Below, in pieces: positions 46,815-55,963 of a stretch of 64,000 nt of DNA. The translations under genes were made by a program, and so were the position numbers. Source of the DNA: Verrucomicrobiia bacterium (GTDB taxonomy: Bacteria > Verrucomicrobiota > Verrucomicrobiia > Limisphaerales > JAYPXF01); the NCBI GenBank assembly GCA_016779125.1, contig JADHOF010000001.1, positions 120 through 64,119 of the forward strand, in the 5' to 3' direction. Numbering within the stretch: position 1 is the stretch's first letter; each line of letters opens with the position of its first letter. Under the pieces are notes generated by a model. That model was not told where the DNA came from. It saw only the letters and a list, made by a program, of their open reading frames with translations, and did no database searches.

Positions 46815-48107
46815 TCACGGGCCGACGTAAACGGGCATCTCCTTCGTCACCAACTTGAGTAGATGCGAGGCATCCCAGTTCGCGAGACGGAAACAGCCGT
46901 GTGATTCCGTCCGCCCGATTTTTTCAGGTACCGGCGTGCCATGAATTCCATACCCCGGCTTGTCGAGACCGATCCAAGCGGTCCCGACGGGATTATTCGG
47001 GCCCGGAGGAATGGTCAACTTCGTTCCCAAACGTCTGGCCTCCTCAGATTCCGGGAAATTCTCGGGATCAAAGGTATAGTTGGGATCGACCGCGAAATTC
47101 GCCACCCTCAGTTCGCCCACCGGCCGCTTCTCGACCTTTGCTGCAATGCTGCAGGGGAAGTGGGCCAACAGGTTCGATCGCGCGCCAAAAGCCTGCAAGG
47201 TCCGATTCGTCAGGCTGATTCGCAGGAATGCCGCCTTCTCCTCGGGCTCGGGATATTGAATCAGCGGCACCTTCACCCGGTCGCCGACCCGGACCTTGCG
47301 CCAGTCCATTTTGGGGTTTAGCTGCTCGATAAATCGGGGATACGCGTGGCTCTTCTCCGCCACCAATTCAAGAACGCTCTCATACCCCAGCAAATCCTGC
47401 CCCGACTTCGCCATCCATGTCTTGCCGACCGTCCTCAAATTTGCCACATCATTGGACCCCACCACATAGCTCGTGTAAGGAGGCAGATTCAGAATCAGAC
47501 GCGACTTGGTTCTCAAGTCCGGCTTTCCGTTTATCTCCAAACCCTCTCGTTCCTGAAACGCCTTGATCGCCGCAGTGGTCTGTGGTCCCGACAGACCGTC
47601 AAGAATCCCCGGCGAAATCGCCATTCTGGAAAGCGCGATCTGCACATCGAAGGTCGACCACGCGGAGCGGGGCTTAAACACATCGTCCGCCAAAGAATTC
47701 ACGTTTTCCGCCGCCTTCGTCACGGTGGAGGGCTGGGATGGAATCGGCACAGGCTTCGCGGAGACGTTTGTATCCGTTGCCGCCACAGGCGGAGGCAACG
47801 GGGCGGGCGCAAGATTCCGCAGCGGCGGAGGCGGTTCCGGCAGGGTTCCAAAATCGAGGCTCGAAATCGGCTTCGGGGGCGGGTTCACCTTGGCTGGTTT
47901 CGCGGATTCCGTCACCCCCGCGTCCCGTTTGACAAAGCGCTGCAAAGGAGCGGGCAACGCGATACGGCCCGTCTTCCCCGCCCACCAACTCGCGCCGATC
48001 AACAGGACAAGAAGAAGCAACAAAGCTCTCCACGAGCCCCGCTTCTTGGGTGCGGAAGCAGTTTGCGGCTTGTATCGCGTGTATATTCTTTGTTTTCGCT
48101 TGGCCAT
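46815..48107 (-). CDS. L,D-transpeptidase (YkuD) with a PG_binding_1 domain
   Basis: GPQTTAAIKAFQEREGLEINGKPD and the catalytic segment GIHGTP....GRTESHGCFRL. Confidence 0.85.
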   Translation of the reverse strand: MAKRKQRIYTRYKPQTASAPKKRGSWRALLLLLVLLIGASWWAGKTGRIALPAPLQRFVKRDAGVTESAKPAKVNPPPKPISSLDFGTLPEPPPPLRNLAPAPLPPPVAATDTNVSAKPVPIPSQPSTVTKAAENVNSLADDVFKPRSAWSTFDVQIALSRMAISPGILDGLSGPQTTAAIKAFQEREGLEINGKPDLRTKSRLILNLPPYTSYVVGSNDVANLRTVGKTWMAKSGQDLLGYESVLELVAEKSHAYPRFIEQLNPKMDWRKVRVGDRVKVPLIQYPEPEEKAAFLRISLTNRTLQAFGARSNLLAHFPCSIAAKVEKRPVGELRVANFAVDPNYTFDPENFPESEEARRLGTKLTIPPGPNNPVGTAWIGLDKPGYGIHGTPVPEKIGRTESHGCFRLANWDASHLLKLVTKEMPVYVGP

Positions 48108-48218
48108 TACGGCGGAAGTGGGGATTCAATTGAAATACGGCCCCCGGCGCAATGTGTTTTCGCGGCGGGGCGGGTGCTTGACCTGCCTAGGTGGCCACCT
48201 ACTATCGCGGCGCGTTTT

Positions 48219-49181
48219 ATGAGAATTTGGCTGATCACATGGTTGCTACTCGGCTCGGGACTCCTCTCCCGTGCGGCGGATTCGCCGCAGCTGCTCAATG
48301 GAATCGTGGCCATCGTCAACGACACCGTCATCACGGAGAACGAAGCCCGCGAGTATATCGAACCCGTGATCGACTTCCTCAAGGAACGCCACCGCAACAA
48401 TTCGGGAGCCTTCCAGGAGGAAGCCATGAAGGCCTACCGCGACGGCTTGAACCAACTCATCGAGCGGCAGCTGATGCTGGACGATTTTAAGAAGGCCGGA
48501 TTCAACCTGCCCGAGCGCTTCATCGAGGACTTCGTTCAGGAACGCATCCGCGAGCAGTATGGAGACCGCTCGCGCCTCATCAAGACGCTGGAGGAACGCG
48601 GACGCTCCTACGCCGAATTCCGACAGGAAATCCGCGACCAATTCATTGTGGAGCAGATGCAAAACTTCCATATCTCCTCCGCGATCATCGTGTCCCCCGC
48701 CGACATCGAGAAATACTACCGCGAACACATCAAGGACTACCGCCTGCCGGACCAGATCAAGCTCAGCATGATCGTCCTCAACAAGCAGGAAGGCGCGGAC
48801 AATTCCGGCATCGAAGCGCTCGCGACCGAAATCCTGAAAAAGATTCGCGGCGGGGCGGACTTTGCCGAGATGGCAAACATCTATTCGGAAGGATCACAGC
48901 GAACCGAGGGCGGCGACTGGGGTTGGATCGAGACCAAGGTCCTCCGCGAGGAACTCGCCAAAGCCGCGAGCCTGCTCAAGGCCGAAGAAGTCGGCGAGGT
49001 GATCAACACGCCCGACGCCGCCTACATCATGCGCGTCGACAAAATCCGCATCGCCTACGTCCGCCCCCTTCATGAGGTTCGGGCTGAAATCGAAAAAACG
49101 CTGAAGGCCGAGGAGCGCAAACGTCTTCAAGACCAATACGTCTCACGGCTTCGCAAGAAGGCTTTCATCCGCTTTTTCTGA
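48219..49181 (+). CDS. SurA/PrsA-like parvulin-type peptidyl-prolyl isomerase, secreted
   Basis: Signal peptide MRIWLITWLLLGSGLLSRA, SurA_N-like IVAIVNDTVIT, and the parvulin region GGDWGWIE. The start is ATG 48219, not ORF-track 47346. Confidence 0.8.
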   Translation: MRIWLITWLLLGSGLLSRAADSPQLLNGIVAIVNDTVITENEAREYIEPVIDFLKERHRNNSGAFQEEAMKAYRDGLNQLIERQLMLDDFKKAGFNLPERFIEDFVQERIREQYGDRSRLIKTLEERGRSYAEFRQEIRDQFIVEQMQNFHISSAIIVSPADIEKYYREHIKDYRLPDQIKLSMIVLNKQEGADNSGIEALATEILKKIRGGADFAEMANIYSEGSQRTEGGDWGWIETKVLREELAKAASLLKAEEVGEVINTPDAAYIMRVDKIRIAYVRPLHEVRAEIEKTLKAEERKRLQDQYVSRLRKKAFIRFF

Positions 49182-49200
49182 CCCCGCGCGGCGGCTCCCG

Positions 49201-50178
49201 ATGAGGGCGTTCACAACCATCGCCGCCAACACCTTCCTTGAGCTGGTCCGGCAGCCGGTCTTCCTGTTGCTTAGCACGGCCACAACCTCCTTCATCATCA
49301 TTCTCGCCGGCATGCCCTACTTCGGGTTCGGTGAGGACGCCAAGCTGGTTCGCGACAGTTCGCTCGCCATCACCCTGTTCGTGGGACTCCTGGCTGCCGT
49401 GGTCGCGGCCTCCTCCGCCGTGGCCGGCGAACTCCGGACTGGCACCGCCCTCGCCGTCCTGTCCAAACCCGTCCCCCGCGTCGCTTTCCTGCTGGGAAAA
49501 TACTGTGGCATCGTCGCCGCCGTCTGGCTGCTGGCCTTCACGAACCTTCTCGCCTCCCTTCTCGCAAGCCGCATGGCCTATGATGCCTACGGCGACGCCG
49601 ATACGCTCGGCATCGCGGTCTTCTTCGGGGCCATCGCCCTTTCCTTCCTTTTCGGAGCCTTCACAAACTACTTCCACAGGCGAAACCTGTCCGGCGACGC
49701 GTTCCTCTCACAGGTCATCCTTGTCACCGGCGTCTTTCTCATCCTCACCTTCGCGGTCGAACTCAAACATCCCGGCCAATCCGCCGCCCAAACCGTCGAT
49801 TGGCGACTGCTCCCGGCCGGTGCCCTGATTCTCTTCGCACTGCTGCTTCTCAGCGCCATCGCGCTGGCCTGTTCCACGCGATTGGACACCGTGCCCACCC
49901 TCATCGTCTGCACGATCATCTTTCTCGCCGGCCTCGTGAGCGACTACGCCTTTGGACGCCCCGCAGAGCAGGGAGCCTGGTGGGCCGCGATCACCCACGC
50001 GATTCTGCCCAACTGGCAGCTTTTCTGGATCACCGACGCCATCCAGTCGGACCGCACCCTCGACGGCATCTGGCGCTACGTCGCCAAAACCGCGATCTAT
50101 CTCTCCGCCCATATTGGCATCGCGCTCGTCGTGGCCTATTCCCTCTTCGAAAACCGCGACCTCGCGGGTGATGCCTAG
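49201..50178 (+). CDS. ABC-2/NosY-like integral membrane permease
   Basis: Polytopic membrane protein with the GELRTGTALAVLSKPVPRVAFLLGKY motif typical of ABC-2 permeases. Confidence 0.65.
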   Translation: MRAFTTIAANTFLELVRQPVFLLLSTATTSFIIILAGMPYFGFGEDAKLVRDSSLAITLFVGLLAAVVAASSAVAGELRTGTALAVLSKPVPRVAFLLGKYCGIVAAVWLLAFTNLLASLLASRMAYDAYGDADTLGIAVFFGAIALSFLFGAFTNYFHRRNLSGDAFLSQVILVTGVFLILTFAVELKHPGQSAAQTVDWRLLPAGALILFALLLLSAIALACSTRLDTVPTLIVCTIIFLAGLVSDYAFGRPAEQGAWWAAITHAILPNWQLFWITDAIQSDRTLDGIWRYVAKTAIYLSAHIGIALVVAYSLFENRDLAGDA

Positions 50179-50289
50179 TCGCCTAAAATTGAACATCCCA
50201 AGGCGAAGCCCCTCCAACACCGGATTGCCGAGCTCCATTCCGGGCTCGCGCATCCCTCACAATCCGCCTACTTTGGCCCACTCAGCACC

Positions 50290-51510
50290 ATGATCGATCT
50301 GACCGAAAACATCGAAAAACAGCCTGCCTCGACCCCGACGGACAACCGCGAAAACGTCGTTTCCGTTCGTGCTTTGAGCAAAGTCTTCAAAGATTTCTGG
50401 GGCCGCCCGAAAGCCAAGGCTGTCAACGACGTCAGCTTCGAGATCAAGAAGGGCGAAGTCTTCGGCCTGCTCGGCCCGAACGGTTCAGGCAAGTCCACCA
50501 CGATCAAAATGTTGCTGGGCCTGCTCAATCCCACCAAGGGATTCATCGAGATTTTCGGCCACTCCCCGCGCCACGTGAAGACCAAGGAACGCATCGGCTA
50601 CCTGCCCGAGGAATCCTACCTCTACAAATACCTTGATTCCCGCGAGACGCTCGACTTCTTCGGCAACCTCTTCCAGCTCCACTCGGAGGAGCGCGCGAAA
50701 CGCGCCGAACAGCTTCTCGAAATGGTCGGCCTCAATCAGGTGCGCAGCCGCACCGTCGGCGAGTTTTCGAAAGGCATGCAGCGTCGTATCGGCCTCGCCC
50801 AGGCGCTCATCAACGACCCCGATCTCGTCATTCTGGACGAGCCCACCGCCGGCCTGGATCCCATCGGCTGCCGCGAGGTCAAAGATCTCATCACCGCCCT
50901 CGCCAACCGCGGCAAGACGGTCATCATTTCCAGCCACCTGCTCTCCGACGTCGAGGATGTCTGCGACCGCGTCGTCATCTATTACGGCGGCAAGATCCAG
51001 GCGATGGGCACGCTCAAGGAACTCCTCACCGAGCGCGAAACCGTCCGTCTCACCCTGCCCACGCTGCCACGCGAAAAAATGGATCAGGTTCTCGCCATGA
51101 TCCGCAAGGATGTCGCCGAAGACCGCATCCAGATCGACAACCCGACGCAGAACCTCGAAAGCTACTTCCTCGGCGTCGTCAAGCGCGCCCGCGAAAACGA
51201 GCAGCAAACCTCCGGCGCAACCTCAGGCAGCACCGTCGCCCACTACCTTCGCGAAGGGGGCGAGGAAAAGGATCAGAAGGCCAAAATCCTCGACCGCCTC
51301 GCCGCCGATCTGGCACCGACACCGATCGCCGAGCTGCTGGAAGAGAAACCCGCCACCACCGAACAAAAACAGGACGCCAATCTTGCCAGCCTCGCGGAGG
51401 CGGAAGCGCCAAAACCCGTCGCACCCGTCGTCTCCAAAGCCGCCGAACGAAAAGCGTCCGACGAAAAGGCCGACGACAAACTCTCCTCCCTCCTCGGCGG
51501 CGACAATTGA
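50290..51510 (+). CDS. ABC transporter ATP-binding protein (ABC-2 type) with a roughly 100-aa low-complexity C-terminal tail
   Basis: GPNGSGKSTT, FSKGMQRR and ILDEPTAGLD motifs. The tail is rich in A/E/K/P. Confidence 0.9.
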   Translation: MIDLTENIEKQPASTPTDNRENVVSVRALSKVFKDFWGRPKAKAVNDVSFEIKKGEVFGLLGPNGSGKSTTIKMLLGLLNPTKGFIEIFGHSPRHVKTKERIGYLPEESYLYKYLDSRETLDFFGNLFQLHSEERAKRAEQLLEMVGLNQVRSRTVGEFSKGMQRRIGLAQALINDPDLVILDEPTAGLDPIGCREVKDLITALANRGKTVIISSHLLSDVEDVCDRVVIYYGGKIQAMGTLKELLTERETVRLTLPTLPREKMDQVLAMIRKDVAEDRIQIDNPTQNLESYFLGVVKRARENEQQTSGATSGSTVAHYLREGGEEKDQKAKILDRLAADLAPTPIAELLEEKPATTEQKQDANLASLAEAEAPKPVAPVVSKAAERKASDEKADDKLSSLLGGDN

Positions 51511-51552
51511 TCCGCACCCGGGGAACCGCGCGACATTGGGGCATCCGGCGTC

Positions 51553-52944
51553 ATGAAAGGATATGACGCGCTTCCTAAAAGCTGGCAGCCGGTTCTTTCC
51601 GTCGCTCGTCTGACGTTTCGGGCGGCGACCCGGTTTCGGGTGGTGCAGTTTCTTGTCCTCCTGCTGCTGGCGTTGGTGGTTTCCCTGCCGCTGGTTCTCA
51701 AGCACGACGGCACCGCGCTCGGCCTCGCGCGCATCGTCATCACCTATTCACTCGGTTCGATCATCACGATCCTTGGATTCTCGACCCTGTGGCTCGCGGT
51801 GGGCAATCTCGCGCGCGAGGTGGAGGACGGGCAGATGCAGATGCTCGCGGTGAAGCCCTTGGCCCGATGGAAGATCCTGTTTGGCAAATGGCTCGGCATC
51901 ATGGCGGTCAACACGCTGCTGCTGGCCGTCAGCGCCACGGCCGTGGGATCGCTGCTGAATTATCGCTCCCGACAACTCAACGCCGACGAACGACAGATTC
52001 TGACCGAACAGATCCTCACCGCGCGGGCTCCGCATCGCGCTCCGACGCCGGACTTCGACGGCATGGCGCGTGAACAGCTCGAAGCCTCGGTCGCCGAAAA
52101 CCAGCCGACCGAATTCGATCGACCAAGCGTGCTCGCGAAGATCCGGGCGGATCTGCTCGCCCGCCACGAGGCGGTGCTGCCGCAATACGTCCGACAGTGG
52201 AAGATTCCCGGCTCCACGACCGACAGGCCCGCCATGCTGCGCTTGAAGTTTCGCACCGCGCGCGGCGTGCACGAGCCGGTTCGGCTTCCGACCGCTTGGA
52301 TCTTCGGCGAAATCAATTCATCGAACCACGTCCGCCTCGAGGCTGTGCTGACCACGGACACGTTTCACGAATTGGCCGTTCCGCCCGACCTCGCCGACAC
52401 GGATGGACTGTTGCCCGTCCACTTTGTCAATCTGACCGGCGAGACCGTCGTCTTTGACCTCGCCGACGGCCCCGAGCTGCTCGTCCCGGAGGCGGGCTTC
52501 CCCATCAACCTGCTGCGGGCGTTCGCCATCTTGTATTGCTGGCTCGGACTCGCCGCCGCGCTCGGACTCGCCGCCGCCTGCCGGCTCAACTTCAACGTCG
52601 CCGCCTTCTTCGCCGTCAGCGTCCTGCTCATCGGAACCTTCGACGGCACCATCGCGGACGTCTCCGAGCGCGGCTCCGTCTGGAACATCCCCGAACCGGA
52701 ACTCGTCACCACGGCGCACCGGGTGACGGACTGGCTGTTGGTGCCGATGATCCGGTTGCTCGACTTTCTGCTCGGCGCCATCACCAACTACTCGCCCATC
52801 GAATCCCTGAGCCTCGGTCGCAGCGTTTCCTGGACACAGGTGGCCGCGGCGTTTGGGCAATGCTGGCTCGGCTTCGGCGGACTGCTCGCCATCGTGGCCA
52901 TCACCGCGTTCAGCCGGCGCGAACTCGCCAACCCCGACTCATGA
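51553..52944 (+). CDS. ABC-2-like membrane protein with a roughly 200-aa extracytoplasmic insert
   Basis: EVEDGQMQMLAVKPLARWKILFGKWLG motif and multiple TM helices. It is a paralogue of 63321-64000. Confidence 0.6.
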   Translation: MKGYDALPKSWQPVLSVARLTFRAATRFRVVQFLVLLLLALVVSLPLVLKHDGTALGLARIVITYSLGSIITILGFSTLWLAVGNLAREVEDGQMQMLAVKPLARWKILFGKWLGIMAVNTLLLAVSATAVGSLLNYRSRQLNADERQILTEQILTARAPHRAPTPDFDGMAREQLEASVAENQPTEFDRPSVLAKIRADLLARHEAVLPQYVRQWKIPGSTTDRPAMLRLKFRTARGVHEPVRLPTAWIFGEINSSNHVRLEAVLTTDTFHELAVPPDLADTDGLLPVHFVNLTGETVVFDLADGPELLVPEAGFPINLLRAFAILYCWLGLAAALGLAAACRLNFNVAAFFAVSVLLIGTFDGTIADVSERGSVWNIPEPELVTTAHRVTDWLLVPMIRLLDFLLGAITNYSPIESLSLGRSVSWTQVAAAFGQCWLGFGGLLAIVAITAFSRRELANPDS

Positions 52945-54806
52945 GGCGCGCGATTTTCAAACCCGTTCTGCTCGGCGCGTTGGTGATCGCGTTGCTGGTG
53001 GTCGGCTCGGTCACACAACGTTCGCTCAACAAGGACCGCGCACGACTTCAGTTGACGGCACAGCTTCCCCTGGACAACGCCCCGCCCGCCCTCGCCTTCA
53101 CCACCGTGGCGTTGGGTGGATTTCGCGGTCTGATCGCGAACGCGCTCTGGCTGCGCGCCAGCGAACTGCAGGAGCAGGAAAAGTTTTTCGAACTCATCCA
53201 GCTCGCCGACTGGATCACCAAACTCCAGCCCCGCTTCCCCACCGTCTGGTCCTTCCTTTCCTGGAACCTCGCCTACAACGTCTCGGTGAAATTCCCCGAC
53301 GACGCCTCCCGTTGGAAATGGGTGCGCGAAGGCATGGTGCTGCTGCGAGACGAGGGTCTCCGATACAATCCCGGCGAGGCCGATCTCTATCACCGGCTCG
53401 CCTATCTCTTCCAACACAAGCTGGCCGATGATCAGGACAACGCCCACCAATTCTACAAGGCCGCCTGGAAAGCCGAGATGGAGCAGCTGCTCGGTCGCGA
53501 TCATCCCGACTGGAAAGCGCTGATCAATCCAGCCACGGAAGAAGAGAGAATCCGCTCGCGCCGCGTCCGGGAAGAATATCGGATGGACCCCGAATTCATG
53601 CGCGAGATCGATCGCCGATACGGTCCGCTCGAATGGCGCCTGCCGGAATCCCACGCGGTTTACTGGGCGGCCTACGGTCTCGAGCACACGCGCACCAAAC
53701 GCCCGATCGACCTTCGCCGCGTCGTCTATCAAAGCCTGCAGACGGCGGTTCATCGCGGCCGCCTGATCGATTACCCGGAAGACGGGGGCTTCGAGCTTGC
53801 CCCGAATCCGGCGCTGATCAGCGCCGCCCACGAAGCCTATCTGGAAATGAAGGGCAAGGATCCCGATCTGAAGAGCAACATCGGCGACGCCCACAAAAAC
53901 TTTCTTCTCTACGCGGTAACCCTGCTGGACGGCGAGGCCCGAAAGGTCGAGGCGGCCAGATGGTTTCAATACCTGAAGGAGCAATATCCAGAAGCTGTCG
54001 CGGAATACGCGGACTATCGCGATTTCATTCAACGCCGCGTCGTCGAGGACGCCTTGCAAGGCGGACCGGACAAGATTCGCCGCGTCCTTCGCGCGCTCAT
54101 GACAAGCCACTTCCGCTACCTCGCCCTCGGTCAGGGAGATCTCGCGACCCTGATGCTCGAAAAATCACGGCACGTTCGCGAAGCCTACGAAAGACGATTC
54201 CGTCAGGCGGATCAGGAGCGCGTCCAGATTCCTTCGCAGAAAAAACTTCGCGAGGAGGTGCTGAAGGAAAAACTGTCCAATCGACCGCCGCTCGGCTTTT
54301 CGGACCCGATGGCACTCCGGCTTTGCACGATCTTGCAAATTCCGTTTCCCGCCTCGGAACGGGCCTCGTCCACGACGCCCCGTTTGAATCCCGGCACAAA
54401 CTCCTTCGCCGCTCCGACACGCGAGGCAAACGAGGCCTTTCTTAAAACAAACGCCCGTCAGCCCGACATCGAGGGAACCGAGCTGGGACTGCAATGGAAG
54501 ATCTTGAAACACGGCACAGGAAAACTTCCGCGCCCGGACAGCATCGTCCGCGTTCACTACACCGGCCGCCTGATCAACGGTTCGGTTTTCGACACCACGC
54601 GCGACTCCGGAAAGCCCGCCGAGTTCAAACTCGATTCCGTCGTCAAAGGCTGGCGTGAAGGACTTCTGCAAATGAGGGAGGGCGGACATCGCCTGCTCTT
54701 CATCCCGGCCCGGCTCGCCTACGGGGATCAGGCGCACGGCGCGATCCCTCCCCACAGCACGCTGATCTTCGACATCGAACTCCTGGAGGTGACAAATGGA
54801 AACTGA
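52941..54806 (+). CDS. Uncharacterised membrane-anchored helical protein ('ALGGFRGL' family) fused to a C-terminal FKBP-type PPIase
   Basis: N-terminal TM helix, conserved LAFTTVALGGFRGLIANALWLRA...WITKLQP, and a C-terminal FKBP fold (VRVHYTGRL.NGSVFD...GW.EGL..M..G....L.IP..LAYG). Its ATGA start overlaps the previous stop. Confidence 0.7.
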   Translation: MRRAIFKPVLLGALVIALLVVGSVTQRSLNKDRARLQLTAQLPLDNAPPALAFTTVALGGFRGLIANALWLRASELQEQEKFFELIQLADWITKLQPRFPTVWSFLSWNLAYNVSVKFPDDASRWKWVREGMVLLRDEGLRYNPGEADLYHRLAYLFQHKLADDQDNAHQFYKAAWKAEMEQLLGRDHPDWKALINPATEEERIRSRRVREEYRMDPEFMREIDRRYGPLEWRLPESHAVYWAAYGLEHTRTKRPIDLRRVVYQSLQTAVHRGRLIDYPEDGGFELAPNPALISAAHEAYLEMKGKDPDLKSNIGDAHKNFLLYAVTLLDGEARKVEAARWFQYLKEQYPEAVAEYADYRDFIQRRVVEDALQGGPDKIRRVLRALMTSHFRYLALGQGDLATLMLEKSRHVREAYERRFRQADQERVQIPSQKKLREEVLKEKLSNRPPLGFSDPMALRLCTILQIPFPASERASSTTPRLNPGTNSFAAPTREANEAFLKTNARQPDIEGTELGLQWKILKHGTGKLPRPDSIVRVHYTGRLINGSVFDTTRDSGKPAEFKLDSVVKGWREGLLQMREGGHRLLFIPARLAYGDQAHGAIPPHSTLIFDIELLEVTNGN

Positions 54807-55173
54807 ACCGAATCGTCTGATCACGGAAGCCGAGAAGGTTGTGACTCAAACCTTGGCGCAGCTCCCGGACGAACTGCTAGAAACCGCGCTCGCGGTTTCG
54901 GTCTCATACGAGGGGCAACCCGATGCCGCGTTGATCGCCGAAGGCATCGACCCGGGCACGCTCGGTCTCTTCACAGGCCCGGATCGAGCGGAGCATGAAG
55001 GCGCGCTGGATCCCTTTCCTCCCCAAATCACGATCTTCGTTGAAAACCTTTACCTCTTCGCCGGCTACGACGAGGAAATCTACCGGGACGAGGTTCGCAC
55101 AACCTACCTCCACGAGTTGGGCCACTACCTTGGCCTCGATGAAGAAGATCTGACCGCGCGTGGTCTGGAGTGA
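54796..55173 (+). CDS. Small zincin-like metallopeptidase-family protein (DUF1025-like)
   Basis: HELGHYLG motif near the C-terminus, 125 aa, 11-nt overlap with the upstream gene. Confidence 0.65.
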   Translation: METEPNRLITEAEKVVTQTLAQLPDELLETALAVSVSYEGQPDAALIAEGIDPGTLGLFTGPDRAEHEGALDPFPPQITIFVENLYLFAGYDEEIYRDEVRTTYLHELGHYLGLDEEDLTARGLE

Positions 55174-55188
55174 CCCGTCCCTTCCCGA

Positions 55189-55914
55189 TCAGGCGAACTG
55201 CTTCTTCACCCAGGCGGTCACCGCATCCACCATCGGCTGGCAATGTTCGCCGGCGAACACGTGATTTGACCCCGCGAGTTCGATGAATTCGGCATTGCTG
55301 CCCGCCTTGGCAAGAATGTCCCTCGTGTCCTGAATGAGCACAACGTCGTCCTCCGTGCCATGAATCAGCAGCCAAGGCACCGCGATCTTCGATCCCCGTT
55401 CCACAACGGTGTCGATACCACGCAGATCCGCCATGTAAGCGGACGAAAGCGGACAGTCCTCGTCATCCCACATCAATCCTTTGTCCGGCTCCACATCGCC
55501 GAACTCCGTCTCGGCAAATTTCTTCGTGCTCACCATGCCCGCCAAAGAAACAAGCTGGCGAATACGCGGGTCCTCGCTTGCGCGAATCACACCGACCGCG
55601 CCGCCCATGCTGTGCCCGACAAAGCAGACTTCACGATCCCCCAAGGCATCGATCACCGCACCCAGATCGCCCACCTCTTTCGTGATCGTGCAATCGGTGA
55701 ACCTGCCTTCGGAATCACCATTTCCCGCAAAAGAGAAACGCAGCGCGTTGATGCCGGCGGCCGCCAGTCCTTCCGCCAGTGCCACCACGAAGGGACGATC
55801 CTTGTTGCCCGTCACCCCGTGCCCGATGACAACAACCTTCTTCGAAGCCCCGTTTCCCTCGTGGTAGGTGAAATCAATCTTTTCACCCTGCTCGTTGCGA
55901 ATTTCGGAAATCAT
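55189..55914 (-). CDS. Alpha/beta hydrolase
   Basis: GHSMGG nucleophile elbow and HG...D acid/His region. The start is taken at MISEIRNE. Confidence 0.75.
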   Translation of the reverse strand: MISEIRNEQGEKIDFTYHEGNGASKKVVVIGHGVTGNKDRPFVVALAEGLAAAGINALRFSFAGNGDSEGRFTDCTITKEVGDLGAVIDALGDREVCFVGHSMGGAVGVIRASEDPRIRQLVSLAGMVSTKKFAETEFGDVEPDKGLMWDDEDCPLSSAYMADLRGIDTVVERGSKIAVPWLLIHGTEDDVVLIQDTRDILAKAGSNAEFIELAGSNHVFAGEHCQPMVDAVTAWVKKQFA

Positions 55915-55963
55915 GGCGGCTCTTGTATCGACAGCCTCCGGCACCGGCCAGCAAAATCCCGGC

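Noticed and set aside
47346-48218. The N-terminal 291 aa of the 611-aa + strand ORF
   Set aside because: This part is antisense to the L,D-transpeptidase gene. The real PPIase gene starts at ATG 48219, where a signal peptide begins.
52536-52940. The N-terminal extension of the 756-aa ORF
   Set aside because: It overlaps the end of the preceding membrane-protein gene in another frame. The start at 52941 (ATGA overlap) gives an N-terminal TM helix that matches the paralogue.
52788-54110. A 440-aa ORF on the - strand
   Set aside because: It is antisense to the 'ALGGFRGL'-FKBP gene, which is supported by a full-length paralogue and an FKBP domain.
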